A stretch of 64,000 nucleotides of DNA, taken from the NCBI GenBank assembly GCA_002424045.1, contig DIPH01000044.1, forward strand, positions 35,038-99,037. The letters are read 5' to 3'. Source of the DNA: Firmicutes bacterium UBA5493 (GTDB taxonomy: Bacteria > Bacillota > Limnochordia > Darwinibacteriales > Darwinibacteriaceae). The notes beneath the pieces are model-generated. The model ran no database searches and was not told where the DNA came from. It saw nothing but the letters and a program-made list of their open reading frames with translations. Every line of letters starts with the position of its first letter. Positions within the stretch are counted from its first letter, which is position 1. The position numbers were made by a program, and so were the translations under genes. Of the stretch, positions 1 through 9,880 are shown piece after piece.

Positions 1-928
1 CAAGGGCCCTCAAGCCGTTCCGGAAAAACTCGGCATTGTTCCACAACGTCTCAATGAGCTCCGGCTGTTCGACAAGCATGTCAACGGCCTCCATCCCCGC
101 CGCAGTGACTGCAGGAGGAAGAGAGGTGCTAAAGAGGACGGGTCTGGCTCTTTGGACCAGGTAGTCGATGAGTTTTTGAGGTCCAGCCACATAACCGCCT
201 AAAACACCAATGGCCTTCGAGAGAGTACCTACCTGAATATCAACTTGACCGTGGAGGTTAAAGTGATCGACTGTCCCTCGACCATTACGTCCCATAACCC
301 CGCTAGCATGAGCATCGTCCACCATAACAATGGCCCCGAATTCTTTGGATAGCTTCACCACTTCATCCAAAGGTGCAATATCTCCATCCATAGAGAAAAC
401 GCCATCGGTAACCACAATCTTGTGCCGGCCTTCAGCCTCTTCTAATTTGCAACGCAATCCCCCCATATCGGCGTGGGGATAGACTTTGATCTGCGCCCGA
501 CTGAGGCGGGAACCATCAATGATACTGGCGTGGTTGAGCTCGTCGCTGATGATGACATCTTCCTTGCCCATAATACAGCTCACCGTACCAGAATTTGCCG
601 TAAACCCAGATTGGAACAGCAAACAGGCCTCAACGTTCTTGAATTTCGCCAGCTTATGCTCGAATTCTTTGTGCAAATCCATTTGCCCGGCAATTGTCCG
701 TACAGCACCGGGGCCTACGCCAAGTTTTTCAGTGGCCTTAATGGCTGCTTCAATTAGGCGAGGATGATTGGCTAGTCCTAGATAGTTGTTGGACGACAGG
801 TTCACCACCGACTTGCCATCATAGATCGATCTCGGTTGCTGCTCGCCCGTGAGGGTGCGCGGCTCTCGGTACAAGCCTTGATCCTTCAGATTCTGCAGTT
901 CTTGTTCCAAGAAATTCAATGCATCCAC
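1..928 (-). CDS. kbl: Glycine C-acetyltransferase (2-amino-3-ketobutyrate CoA ligase, Kbl/BioF family), 3' end runs off the window
   Basis: Hand translation from GTG at 928: MDALNFLEQELQNLKDQGLYREPRTL...VVNLSSNNYLGLANHP...GAVRTIAG...FQSGFTAN; later DGVFSMDGD, VDDAH and GTLSKAIG motifs. Overlaps the tdh stop (TAGTG). Confidence 0.9.
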   Translation of the reverse strand, partial: MDALNFLEQELQNLKDQGLYREPRTLTGEQQPRSIYDGKSVVNLSSNNYLGLANHPRLIEAAIKATEKLGVGPGAVRTIAGQMDLHKEFEHKLAKFKNVEACLLFQSGFTANSGTVSCIMGKEDVIISDELNHASIIDGSRLSRAQIKVYPHADMGGLRCKLEEAEGRHKIVVTDGVFSMDGDIAPLDEVVKLSKEFGAIVMVDDAHASGVMGRNGRGTVDHFNLHGQVDIQVGTLSKAIGVLGGYVAGPQKLIDYLVQRARPVLFSTSLPPAVTAAGMEAVDMLVEQPELIETLWNNAEFFRNGLRAL

Positions 929-1980
929 TACAAATCACTCCCATCTGGATAGATAACAACTTTTCCACATTGACCAGCTTTCATCAGCTCAAACCCTTCA
1001 CCAATGCGTTCAAAGGGTAGGCGGTGGGTGATAAGCGGCGTGAGGTCAAGCCCGCTTTGCAATAACGCCTGACCTTGATACCAAGTTTCAAACATTTTGC
1101 GGCCGTTGATTCCATGAACGGTTGCGCCTTTAAACACGATGGCTGTAGCAAGGTCAATTGTAATTGGTCTAGAGGGAATACCCAGCAAAGATGCTGTTCC
1201 GCCCTTAGCCAAACACTTAAAGGCATCATTAATCGCTGCTTCACTACCTGACATTTCTAAGAGAACATCAATACCGGCGCCTCCAGTGACTCTGGATATC
1301 TCAGAGCACAGATCCTCTTTCGCCACATTAATGGTGTAATCAGCTCCAAACTGTTTGGCCAGATCAAGACGGTAGGGGCTCACGTCAGAGCAGAAGACCC
1401 GTTTCGCACCCGCCTGCCTTGCAATGGGAATCGCAGCTAAGCCAATGGGCCCAACGCCGGTAATGAGTACGTCTGCACCAAGCAAGTCGCAGGCCAAAGC
1501 GGTGTGCACAGCATTGCCGTAAGGATCCTGAATGGCCGCGATCTCGGGATTTACGTCATAGTCCCACACCCAGAGATTTTCGTAGGGAACCGTAACGTAC
1601 TCAGCGAAACAACCATCGCGGTCTACTCCAACAATCTCCACGGTTTCGCAGATATGACCCCTCCCGGTGCGACAGAAGCGACAAACGCCGCAGGTAAAGT
1701 GGGTTTCTACCGAGACAAAATCGCCCTCCTTAACACCCTTAACTCCTTCCCCGAGTTCAACGACATCACCACAGAACTCATGGCCGAAAATCAAAGGTGG
1801 TCTAACGCGGTTTTGAGCCCACTGATCCCAAGTGTAGATGTGGACATCGGTACCGCAGATAGCGCTAACTCGCACTTTTACCAACACTTCGCCTGCCCGT
1901 GGCTTCGGTATGGGGGCCTCAATAAACTCAAAACCTGCAGCAGCCTGTGTTTTGGCTGCGGCTTTCATCGTCTTCGACAT
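928..1980 (-). CDS. tdh: L-threonine 3-dehydrogenase (Zn-dependent MDR)
   Basis: ICGTDVHIY, GHEFCG, CxxCxxC, GINGRKMFETWYQ, CGKVV motifs; adjacent to kbl. Confidence 0.93.
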   Translation of the reverse strand: MSKTMKAAAKTQAAAGFEFIEAPIPKPRAGEVLVKVRVSAICGTDVHIYTWDQWAQNRVRPPLIFGHEFCGDVVELGEGVKGVKEGDFVSVETHFTCGVCRFCRTGRGHICETVEIVGVDRDGCFAEYVTVPYENLWVWDYDVNPEIAAIQDPYGNAVHTALACDLLGADVLITGVGPIGLAAIPIARQAGAKRVFCSDVSPYRLDLAKQFGADYTINVAKEDLCSEISRVTGGAGIDVLLEMSGSEAAINDAFKCLAKGGTASLLGIPSRPITIDLATAIVFKGATVHGINGRKMFETWYQGQALLQSGLDLTPLITHRLPFERIGEGFELMKAGQCGKVVIYPDGSDL

Positions 1981-2065
1981 GTAGCTACCCCTCCAGAATT
2001 AGACAATTTTCCTTCACGTAGTTCTTCCATTCTCACAACGAATTATCCTGCAAAAATTATCACAA

Positions 2066-2092
2066 AAATAAGCAGCCAAGAAGGCTACTTTT
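2066..2092 (-). terminator. Intrinsic terminator after the tRNA cluster
   Basis: Minus strand AAGTAGCC-TTCTT-GGCTGCTT followed by ATTTTT. Confidence 0.6.
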
Positions 2093-2101
2093 AGTTTTTA
2101 A

Positions 2102-2179
2102 TGGGGTGAGTAACCGGATTCGAACCGGCGACCTCCAGGGCCACAACCTGGCGCTCTAACCAACTGAGCTATACCCACC
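2102..2179 (-). tRNA. tRNA-His(GTG)
   Basis: Reverse complement GGTGGGTATAGCTCAGTTGG...TTGTGGC...GGTTCGAATCC...CCCCA; cloverleaf with encoded G-1 and CCA. Confidence 0.95.
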
Positions 2180-2187
2180 GTGTTATA

Positions 2188-2263
2188 TGGCGCGCCTGGC
2201 AGGAATCGAACCTGCGGCACTCGGATTAGAAGTCCGATGCTCTATCCCCTGAGCTACAGGCGC
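2188..2263 (-). tRNA. tRNA-Arg(TCT)
   Basis: GCGCCTGTAGCTCAGGGGATAGAGC...CTTCTAA...GGTTCGATTCC...GCCA. Confidence 0.95.
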
Positions 2264-2277
2264 CTAATAAGGCTAGA

Positions 2278-2351
2278 TGGAGCGGGTGATGAGAATCGAA
2301 CTCACATAGCCGGCTTGGAAGGCCGGTGCTCTACCATTGAGCTACACCCGC
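2278..2351 (-). tRNA. tRNA-Gly(TCC)
   Basis: GCGGGTGTAGCTCAATGGTAGAGC...CTTCCAA...GTTCGATTC...TCCA. Confidence 0.95.
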
Positions 2352-2359
2352 AGAAAAAA

Positions 2360-2437
2360 TGGTCGGGGCGAGAGGATTTGAACCTCCGGCCTCCTGCTCC
2401 CAAGGCAGGCGCGCTAGCCAAACTGCGCCACGCCCCG
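2360..2437 (-). tRNA. tRNA-Pro(TGG)
   Basis: CGGGGCGTGGCGCAGTTTGG...CTTGGGA...GGTTCAAATCC...ACCA. Confidence 0.95.
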
Positions 2438-2450
2438 ACTGACAATGTCA

Positions 2451-2480
2451 ATCTTACCACACAAAACTAATCCATGTCAA
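2451..2480 (-). promoter_or_regulatory. Sigma-A promoter of the tRNA cluster
   Basis: TTGACA-18 nt-TAAGAT with extended -10 TG, just upstream of tRNA-Pro. Confidence 0.7.
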
Positions 2481-2503
2481 CTGCTTTTCCAAAGCTTGCT
2501 CTT

Positions 2504-3106
2504 CTAAGCTTCAATTCGCTCAATTGCTTGAAGCATCTTCCGCATAGCTAGGTAGCGATGGCTAATGCTGTTCTTCACATCAGAGCTTAGTTCCGCAAAG
2601 GTAAGTCCCACCTCTGGCACAAAAAACAAAGGGTCATAACCAAAGCCGCAGCTGCCTCTAGGTTCAAAGAGAATCACTCCGCGGCATACGCCCTCCGAAA
2701 ACTCCACCTGACCATGGGGCCTCGCAAGGGCCATGGCGCAACGAAAACCTGCACCGCGGCGTTCTAAGGGATAGCCTTCGAGCTTTTTCAAGAGAAGCTC
2801 ATTATTCCTCTGATCGCTGAGGGGTTCCCCGGCATAGCGGGCCGAATGTACACCCGGAGCACCGTCTAGGGCATCCACCTCTAAGCCCGAATCATCGGCC
2901 AGGACGAGCTCACCTGTGAGATTAGCTATTTCCACAGCCTTCTTTCGTGCATTCTCCTTAAACGTGTCGCCATCTTCCAGGATAGGAGGATATTCCCCTA
3001 CTTCAGGTAAACCCAACACCTGGAGGTTTAGATGGCTCGTGAGTTCTTTAATCTCCCGGATTTTATGGGAATTATGGCTGGCCACGATTAAGCGTTTAGC
3101 AGTCAT
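2504..3106 (-). CDS. rdgB: XTP/dITP diphosphatase (Ham1 family)
   Basis: ASHNSHKIRE, ADDSGLEVDALDGAPGVHSARY, GFGYDP, SHR motifs. Confidence 0.95.
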   Translation of the reverse strand: MTAKRLIVASHNSHKIREIKELTSHLNLQVLGLPEVGEYPPILEDGDTFKENARKKAVEIANLTGELVLADDSGLEVDALDGAPGVHSARYAGEPLSDQRNNELLLKKLEGYPLERRGAGFRCAMALARPHGQVEFSEGVCRGVILFEPRGSCGFGYDPLFFVPEVGLTFAELSSDVKNSISHRYLAMRKMLQAIERIEA

Positions 3107-3844
3107 CTACTTACCACCAAACTTCTTCGCCAAATCTTCCATCAGCAGACTCTGTTGTTTTTCCAACAGCTCAAAAATGCCCTTTTCAGCCAGATCCATG
3201 AGTTGCCCAAGCTGTTCACGGGTAAAGGGCTGCCCTTCGGCGGTGCCTTGCACCTCAACGATCTTTCCACTTTGGGTCATCACCACATTGCAGTCCACTT
3301 CAGCGGCAAAGTCCTCCGCATAGTCCAAATCAAGGACGGGTTCGCCTCCCACGATACCCACACTCACCGCGGCCAAATATTCCTTCACACCTGGGTTCCC
3401 TTCGATTTTGCGAAGCGCGTCAGACAACGCAATAAACGCCCCTGTTATGGAAGCAGTCCGGGTTCCTCCATCAGCCTGAAGCACATCGCAGTCAATCCAA
3501 ATGGTGCGCTCACCTAAGGCCTTCAAGTCAACAACAGAACGCAGAGAGCGCCCAATGAGGCGCTGGATCTCGTGGGTGCGCCCTCCCACCTTGCCCCGGG
3601 AGGATTCCCTTTGGTTACGTACAGCCGTAGCCCTAGGCAGCATGGAATACTCTCCTGTGACCCATCCTTCCCCCTGTCCCCGTAGGAAGGGAGGCACTCT
3701 GTCTTCTACTGTAGCAGTGCAGATCACTTTGGTATTTCCAATCTCCATCAGCACAGAGCCTTCTGCATGCATGTTCACATCACGGGTGATCCTTACGGGA
3801 CGAAGCTCATCACGGGCACGTCCGTCAGCCCTTGTATACTGCAT
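3107..3844 (-). CDS. rph: Ribonuclease PH
   Basis: [32 protein letters not shown] motifs. Confidence 0.97.
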   Translation of the reverse strand: MQYTRADGRARDELRPVRITRDVNMHAEGSVLMEIGNTKVICTATVEDRVPPFLRGQGEGWVTGEYSMLPRATAVRNQRESSRGKVGGRTHEIQRLIGRSLRSVVDLKALGERTIWIDCDVLQADGGTRTASITGAFIALSDALRKIEGNPGVKEYLAAVSVGIVGGEPVLDLDYAEDFAAEVDCNVVMTQSGKIVEVQGTAEGQPFTREQLGQLMDLAEKGIFELLEKQQSLLMEDLAKKFGGK

Positions 3845-4405
3845 TTATTCGGCCTCCTCCAAACCGGTATTTCGGTATTTGGCCACCCCTTGTTCGTATA
3901 CATTATTCCCCAAGCTGTCAATGGCTACAATGGCGGGAAAGTTCTCGACTACCATACGGTGCACAGCCTCTGCACCCAAATCGGGATAAGCCACAACTTC
4001 AACTTCCTTAATGCTCTGGGCAATCAAGGCAGCAGCTCCACCAATTGCGGCAAAGTACACTGCACCATGTTCTTTCATGGCTTCAATCACGGTTGTGGCG
4101 CGACCACCTTTGCCAATCATGCCCTTTACACCTTGCTGCAAGAGGGGAACGGTCAAACTGTCCATGCGCATAGAGGTCGTCGGTCCCGCTGAGCCTACGG
4201 CGTCACCGGGCTTTGGTGGCGTCGGTCCCACATAATAGATAATAGCCCCCTCCGGATCAAAGGGCAGGGGCTTCCCTTCGGCGATTAGCCCTACCAACCG
4301 CTGGTGAGCGGCATCTCTAGCGGTATAAATGACTCCACTAATAGCCACCTCCTGGCCGGCCCGTAAAGTCCTGGCGTTTTCCAATGGGGTTGAAATATGA
4401 ATCAT
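3845..4405 (-). CDS. Fe-S hydro-lyase (class I fumarate hydratase / tartrate dehydratase) beta subunit
   Basis: GVIYTARDAAH, GPTTSMRMD, GMIGKG, GGAAAL motifs. Confidence 0.9.
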   Translation of the reverse strand: MIHISTPLENARTLRAGQEVAISGVIYTARDAAHQRLVGLIAEGKPLPFDPEGAIIYYVGPTPPKPGDAVGSAGPTTSMRMDSLTVPLLQQGVKGMIGKGGRATTVIEAMKEHGAVYFAAIGGAAALIAQSIKEVEVVAYPDLGAEAVHRMVVENFPAIVAIDSLGNNVYEQGVAKYRNTGLEEAE

Positions 4406-4424
4406 CTTGATCTCCTCCTGCTTT

Positions 4425-5798
4425 TTACTCTTTACGAAGACTTTCTACGAGCCCGCGGAAATGTGTTCCCCGGGCCATGAAATTGGAATACTGGTCGAAG
4501 CTCGCGCTAGCGGGAGACAAAAGCACCACATCACCGGGCTCCCCAAGCTCACTTGCGAGGGATACCGCTGCTCCTAGATCTTCGACTTCCTTCAGGGAAA
4601 CGCCTCCTGCATCCACCACTGCCTGACGAATTTTCGGTGCAGTCGTTCCTAGGAGAATCAAGTGTTTGACTCTGTCTTTGATGACTTGGCCTAGTTCGGC
4701 AAAGGAGAGCTGCTTATCGGAGCCACCTGCGATGAGGATCAAAGGCTCTGTGAAAGAACGGAGGGCTGCTAGGGTTCGGTCGGGGGTGGTGGCGATGGAA
4801 TCATTATAATAGCGCACTCCCTTTACTTCTCCCACGAACTCCAAACGATGGGGCACGCCCACAAAGTCTCTTCCAACCTGCCTAATTGCCTCTAAGCCGG
4901 CCCCTGCAACATAACTGAGTAACGCCGCTGCCAGGAAATTAGCCACATTGTGCTGCCCAGGTAGGGCTAATTCTGAACGTTTGGCAAAGACGAACTTTCC
5001 TCCTTCATCAGCGTAAACCAGGTCATCTCCTTCTAGATAGGCACCAGGAGACACTTTCGATGCAAGACTAAAATAGAAAACTCGTCCCGGGGACTCTTCG
5101 GCCATGGCCCGGGTAATCGGATCGTCGTAGTTTAAGACCAAGAAATCCTGAGCCTTTTGATGACGATAAATATTCTGCTTCGCCTTGATGTAGTTTTCCA
5201 TGGTATGGTGAACGTCTAGATGGTTTTGGGCAATATTCGTGATCACAGCTCCACGGGGACTTTGGTGCAAGGCTTCCAATTGAAAACTAGACAGCTCCAA
5301 GAGCACATGATCCTCTGGACCAATATGTTCAATTTCCCCAATGAGCGGTGTTCCAATGTTGCCCCCCACATAGGTGGACATTCCACTCTTTTTGAAGATC
5401 TCACCTGCAAGGCTCGTGGTTGTAGTTTTGCCACTACTGCCTGTAATTGCATAGATGGGTCCATGGCTATAGCGAAACACCAAGCCAATCTCGCTTTCTA
5501 AACGGCCTAACTTGGCTACGGCCTGTAATTCCGGAATGTCCTTAGGAACGCCCGGGCTCACCACCACAACATCAAAATCCGTAAGGCTACTCAAGTAATC
5601 GGGACCAAGAAGCAACTCTATGTCCAGGGATTCCAGTTCATTCAATCGTTCACCCAGTTCACTACCTGTCTTGAGGTCCCGGCCGCTTAAATGGGCACCA
5701 GCTTCCTTTAGAAACCGAATCAGTGCCAAATTACTGATCCCAAGACCAATCACTGCCACCCTTTTACCAGACCAGTCTTCTTGAAACTCTTTACGCAT
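4425..5798 (-). CDS. murD: UDP-N-acetylmuramoyl-L-alanine--D-glutamate ligase
   Basis: GLGISN, SPG, ITGSSGKTTT, GGNIG, ELSSFQL, HRLE, NDSIAT, LSPASASFDQY. Confidence 0.95.
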   Translation of the reverse strand: MRKEFQEDWSGKRVAVIGLGISNLALIRFLKEAGAHLSGRDLKTGSELGERLNELESLDIELLLGPDYLSSLTDFDVVVVSPGVPKDIPELQAVAKLGRLESEIGLVFRYSHGPIYAITGSSGKTTTTSLAGEIFKKSGMSTYVGGNIGTPLIGEIEHIGPEDHVLLELSSFQLEALHQSPRGAVITNIAQNHLDVHHTMENYIKAKQNIYRHQKAQDFLVLNYDDPITRAMAEESPGRVFYFSLASKVSPGAYLEGDDLVYADEGGKFVFAKRSELALPGQHNVANFLAAALLSYVAGAGLEAIRQVGRDFVGVPHRLEFVGEVKGVRYYNDSIATTPDRTLAALRSFTEPLILIAGGSDKQLSFAELGQVIKDRVKHLILLGTTAPKIRQAVVDAGGVSLKEVEDLGAAVSLASELGEPGDVVLLSPASASFDQYSNFMARGTHFRGLVESLRKE

Positions 5799-6598
5799 TA
5801 GATCTTCTCTCCCGCCATATGATGAAAGCCCACCGCGGGCAATCTCTCTTGAAGTAACAGTTCTGCGGTGGTTTTAAATGTGTGGGGATCACCGCTAACC
5901 CAGAACTGCGTTTCTTTACTTGGTTCCTTCTCGTTTCCCTTCACCAAATTCGGGAACACCTCTGCCACCTGTACAGCCAATTGCGGTGCCGGATTAACGA
6001 TGTGGACATCTTCACCTACCAGCTCCCCAATGGTCTCCTGCAAAAAGGGATAGTGGGTACAGCCAAGCAAAAGGGTGTCTATACCTTGAGCCATGAGGGG
6101 CTCTACGTACTCCCGGAGCGCTTGCCTTGTGATTTGCTCTTTGACCTGTCCCTGCTCAACTAAGGGCACAAGACGGGGAGCACTTTCCACAAATACCTGC
6201 GCACTTGGGGAGGCTTGGGAAAAGGCCCTCTGATACGCTCCGCTTTCTGCAGTTCCCCGTGTGGCTAATACTCCAATTCGACCATTGCTCACCTCAAGGG
6301 TTGCACGGACTGCACTTTCAATGATTCCAAAAACGGGGACTCTAACTTTTCCCTCTACCCGCGGTAACACCAGAGCACTTGATGTATTACAGGCCACAAC
6401 TACACCTTGGCAGCCCTGACTCAGAAAAAAACCTACAATATCCCAAAAATATCCCTCGAGCTGGGCAGGGGATTTCTCACCGTATGGAACATGGCTGGTA
6501 TCGCCAAAATAAAGGAGCTGTGCACTGGTATACTGCCGAAGCTCACGCCAGACAGACAGCCCCCCCAAACCAGAATCATAAATACCTATCATCAACAC
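5798..6598 (-). CDS. murI: Glutamate racemase
   Basis: DSGLGGLSV, PYG, ACNTSS, LGCTHYP catalytic motifs. Confidence 0.95.
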   Translation of the reverse strand: MLMIGIYDSGLGGLSVWRELRQYTSAQLLYFGDTSHVPYGEKSPAQLEGYFWDIVGFFLSQGCQGVVVACNTSSALVLPRVEGKVRVPVFGIIESAVRATLEVSNGRIGVLATRGTAESGAYQRAFSQASPSAQVFVESAPRLVPLVEQGQVKEQITRQALREYVEPLMAQGIDTLLLGCTHYPFLQETIGELVGEDVHIVNPAPQLAVQVAEVFPNLVKGNEKEPSKETQFWVSGDPHTFKTTAELLLQERLPAVGFHHMAGEKI

Positions 6599-6637
6599 AT
6601 TTCCTCCAAGGGGCGTTCCGCCAGAGGCTTTGCGCCA

Positions 6638-7168
6638 TCATATGTGAGAACCACCTAAAAGCTCATAATCCTTCTCTAGGGGTTCCGTAAGGTCTAGGTG
6701 ACCTGCTAGTGTGAGAACGGGTCTGTTTTCCACTAGAATTTGCACTCTGCGGACTCCCTGGGCACCAACTACAGTATTTACTATACCATACACCGTTATG
6801 ATCTCCCCTGCACTGCCCCCTGGATGGTTCGTAATGAGATGGTGGCTGAAATTCAGGAAAAGAACGTCACCGTGCTGATTATAACCTAAAAGCTTGACAC
6901 CTTCGGGAGTGACCGCGGCAAGGTCTGGAAGGCGAGGACCTGCCAATAGACTCGCTAAACGTTCTTCGATCGTTCCTTGCCCTTGATAGAATTCTGGGAT
7001 CAGATAAACACTATCGGGACATCCAAAGTACACGGCATAAAAAGGCTCCATAGCATCGATGGACACAGGCATCTCGTGTTTTTCTGTGACCAGATATAAG
7101 ACAGTACGCGCCAAAAAGAGCAGAATCAGAACCATAACTGCACCGGCTAATCCGCGCTTCCATCTCAT
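6638..7168 (-). CDS. GerMN-domain membrane-anchored protein
   Basis: N-terminal TM; LLAGP, LNFS, GGSAGE...YGIVNT, VQILVE, TLAGHLDL typical of GerMN; murI/rph synteny. Confidence 0.8.
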   Translation of the reverse strand: MRWKRGLAGAVMVLILLFLARTVLYLVTEKHEMPVSIDAMEPFYAVYFGCPDSVYLIPEFYQGQGTIEERLASLLAGPRLPDLAAVTPEGVKLLGYNQHGDVLFLNFSHHLITNHPGGSAGEIITVYGIVNTVVGAQGVRRVQILVENRPVLTLAGHLDLTEPLEKDYELLGGSHI

Positions 7169-7180
7169 GCGCTTCGCCCC

Positions 7181-9001
7181 CTACTGTTTGTTCTCTAGAT
7201 AAAAACGTCTGATCCCATTAAAAATGCCTTGGGCAGCAACCTTCTGAAATCCTGGGGCCCGTAGCAATACTTCTTCATCGGGGTGATCCAAAAATCCCAC
7301 TTCCACCATGATCGCAGGCATCTTGGTATTATTAAACACAGCGAGATCATCCCTTCCCCAAATTCGCCTGTTAACGAGGGTGATAGCCTTCACCACCTCG
7401 TCCTGGACGGTACGGGCCAAGAGCTCTGAGGCTGGGTCCTTTGCCCTGAACAAGGTTTCTGTACCGCGGGCGGTGCCCCTTTGAATATGGGAATTCGCAT
7501 GCACAGAAATGAACAAGTCTGCACCGGCCGTGGCGGCAATCTCGGGGCGTTCGAAAATAGAAACATAAACATCGCTATCTCTAGTATACACAACTCTGGC
7601 CCCCGCCTGACTCAAAAATTCACCAAGATACAAACCGATGGCCAAATTGACATCCTTTTCAAAGCTACCCTGGTATCCAATTGTACCTGGATCCGAACCT
7701 CCGTGGCCAGGATCGACAACGACGGTCAGACCGGACAACTCACCATCTTTGACAGGAACTTCCTGGATCAATATTTCTGTGGGTTCTCCCTGCAAACGAG
7801 CAAGATTGGCGTGCGCTTCACGTGCTGTTCCAGAAAAAAGAGGGAGCACGAATCCTCCTTCATCTAACTGTTCGAGAGGTAAGGGAGCCATGGGTTCTGT
7901 TACCTGTAGAACGATTCTGGTTACAGAAGGTGTATGTTGGCTCGCCCGCAGACGGGCAATTCGCCCTTGATTAATGGGCCTGTCAAAAGAACGAATCATT
8001 AATGTGGTTTCCTGTACATCCAATACTAAACGGAGGGGATCCTCTAAGTAAACTACTTCAATTACCGGAGCTGCCGATGCGTCAAAACGAAGTCGAAATT
8101 CATCGCCCTCCTCTTCCAATTCAATGGATGTAAGTTGGAGGTTGAACTCAATCTCTAAGCCACCTTGGGGCCAGGGATTAACGCGGTAACCCGTTGAGCC
8201 ATGCAAATCACAAACGATGCGCATTGTCTCATCATCGAAACGGCTGCTGCGAATGGAGCGCACCACAGGATGGTCCCTGACGTCAACCGGAGGAAGAGCA
8301 TCGCCCCCCACGCCGTAGAGATCAATGACCAGCCGATCAGGATCCGTCAATAGATGGGTCTGATAACCAGTATATGAGTGAAGATCGAGAAAAACCCTTG
8401 ACCTCGGTCCACCCATGAAAATGATTTCTTTCAAATCTTGATCTTCCTCGGGATGATGAAGAATAATCGGTTCACTAGGGCTTGTTGCAGCTGGCCCCGA
8501 TTCGCTCGGCACGAGATCATTAGGTGCTCTTACGCTGTCTTCCCTAATAAGCCCAGATGTAAAGGGGCGTTCTCGCGACGGGGTCTCCTTGGGCGGCTCC
8601 AGGCGTAAACCCATGATATCCTGGTCAAAGACAAGACTTAACCCGAGTCGATTGGAGATAAAACGAATGGGTACCACAATTTCCCCTTCAACAAATTGAG
8701 GCGCAACATCCAATTTATACATCATACCATCTACTTGTGCACTTTCTACCCCTAATTGCATAAGAATGGTTTGATCAGCAAACACCAACTCGATCTCTTC
8801 GGGAGTAATGTTCACCTCGGCTCCTAGATATTCCGAAAATATGTCCACGGGGATCATAAAGTTACCATTGATCATTACCAAAGGATGTTTGAGCTCCACT
8901 TCATCTGATCCCACGAATAGTTTGAGGGCGGCTTCCGAGTGGCTTGAACAAAAAAGGGAAATAAAGATAAGAAAAAAGAAAATAAGGGCAACCCGCTTCA
9001 T
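7181..9001 (-). CDS. N-acetylmuramoyl-L-alanine amidase (Amidase_3) with stalk (copper amine oxidase N-like) and AMIN-like domains
   Basis: Signal peptide; VPIRFISNRLG stalk motif; repeated DPDRLVIDL/DPLRLVLDV AMIN-like motifs; VDPGHGG, EK, SVHAN, VEVGFL. Start set at ATG 9001 after GGAGG. Confidence 0.88.
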   Translation of the reverse strand: MKRVALIFFFLIFISLFCSSHSEAALKLFVGSDEVELKHPLVMINGNFMIPVDIFSEYLGAEVNITPEEIELVFADQTILMQLGVESAQVDGMMYKLDVAPQFVEGEIVVPIRFISNRLGLSLVFDQDIMGLRLEPPKETPSRERPFTSGLIREDSVRAPNDLVPSESGPAATSPSEPIILHHPEEDQDLKEIIFMGGPRSRVFLDLHSYTGYQTHLLTDPDRLVIDLYGVGGDALPPVDVRDHPVVRSIRSSRFDDETMRIVCDLHGSTGYRVNPWPQGGLEIEFNLQLTSIELEEEGDEFRLRFDASAAPVIEVVYLEDPLRLVLDVQETTLMIRSFDRPINQGRIARLRASQHTPSVTRIVLQVTEPMAPLPLEQLDEGGFVLPLFSGTAREAHANLARLQGEPTEILIQEVPVKDGELSGLTVVVDPGHGGSDPGTIGYQGSFEKDVNLAIGLYLGEFLSQAGARVVYTRDSDVYVSIFERPEIAATAGADLFISVHANSHIQRGTARGTETLFRAKDPASELLARTVQDEVVKAITLVNRRIWGRDDLAVFNNTKMPAIMVEVGFLDHPDEEVLLRAPGFQKVAAQGIFNGIRRFYLENKQ

Positions 9002-9061
9002 AGTTTTACCTCCAGCTGTAATTATTACCATCATTTCTCCCTAGAAAGGAGGAATCCTCTT

Positions 9062-9880
9062 ATGTTTTCGCGCTTTTGGATACGCCTGGGAAAATTTGGT
9101 TTATTCATGCTGCTCGCTTACCTCCTCATGGCCTACATTGTCGTCGTCACCATTATTATTCGTGAAGAATTAAGCATTGTCGACGCTGGTAAGGTAATCT
9201 CTGTCCTTAATCCATCCAAGGGTTTAAGCACCATGGAAGGTCAGGTTCGCAATATCTTCGGTGACCCCGTTCCCTTTGGGGTCATTATTGTGGGTGATCA
9301 CCTAGTGCAAGCAGACAATACCGGAGCCTTTCGAGTAACAAACCTCACCCCGGGACGCCATACCCTGGAGATCTTTGCAGGGGATTATGCTAGGTACACT
9401 ACAGAGATCCAAATTGATGAGGGAATCAATCATCCCACCATTAAGTATGAAACGGGCCTGTGGCCTCAAGTCTTTTTGGTGGATTTTCACGTTTTCTACA
9501 AAGAGAACGACGAGATCTTCGGTATGGTTGGTTTCGCCAATGGAACCACCGAACCTATCTTTATTGAAAGGGCCTCGATTCTCAGTCCGGGGGGCGAAGC
9601 CATCACCGATATTCTCCACGATAATGACGGGTTTGACTACTACATGGGCCTATCCAATAAGTTAGAAGTCGTTCTGGAGCCTCAAAAGGCACTGAAGTGG
9701 GCACCTCGCATGGTACAAGGTGGCGAGTTCGCTCCGGTGAAAGGCTACTTTCCACCAGGCCCGTATAGTCTAGAGGTCCACTACGCCTTCCAGGAAGGGC
9801 ACGACCTGGGACAATATTTTGTCTTCACCATTACCGACCATCTTGATCTAGATAACAACTGGGCCCCCCATCTTCCATAA
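9062..9880 (+). CDS. Membrane-anchored protein with carboxypeptidase-regulatory-like beta-sandwich, function unknown
   Basis: N-terminal TM; GQVRNIFGDPV...ADNTGAFRVTNLTPGRHTLEI; strong RBS AAAGGAGG. Confidence 0.65.
   Translation: MFSRFWIRLGKFGLFMLLAYLLMAYIVVVTIIIREELSIVDAGKVISVLNPSKGLSTMEGQVRNIFGDPVPFGVIIVGDHLVQADNTGAFRVTNLTPGRHTLEIFAGDYARYTTEIQIDEGINHPTIKYETGLWPQVFLVDFHVFYKENDEIFGMVGFANGTTEPIFIERASILSPGGEAITDILHDNDGFDYYMGLSNKLEVVLEPQKALKWAPRMVQGGEFAPVKGYFPPGPYSLEVHYAFQEGHDLGQYFVFTITDHLDLDNNWAPHLP

Noticed and set aside
473-767. Plus-strand ORFs of 93-94 aa, and the many other short ORFs nested in or antisense to called genes
   Set aside because: They are shadows of well-supported genes on another frame or strand, with no motifs or RBS.
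2180-2470. 96-aa ORF
   Set aside because: It is antisense to the tRNA cluster.
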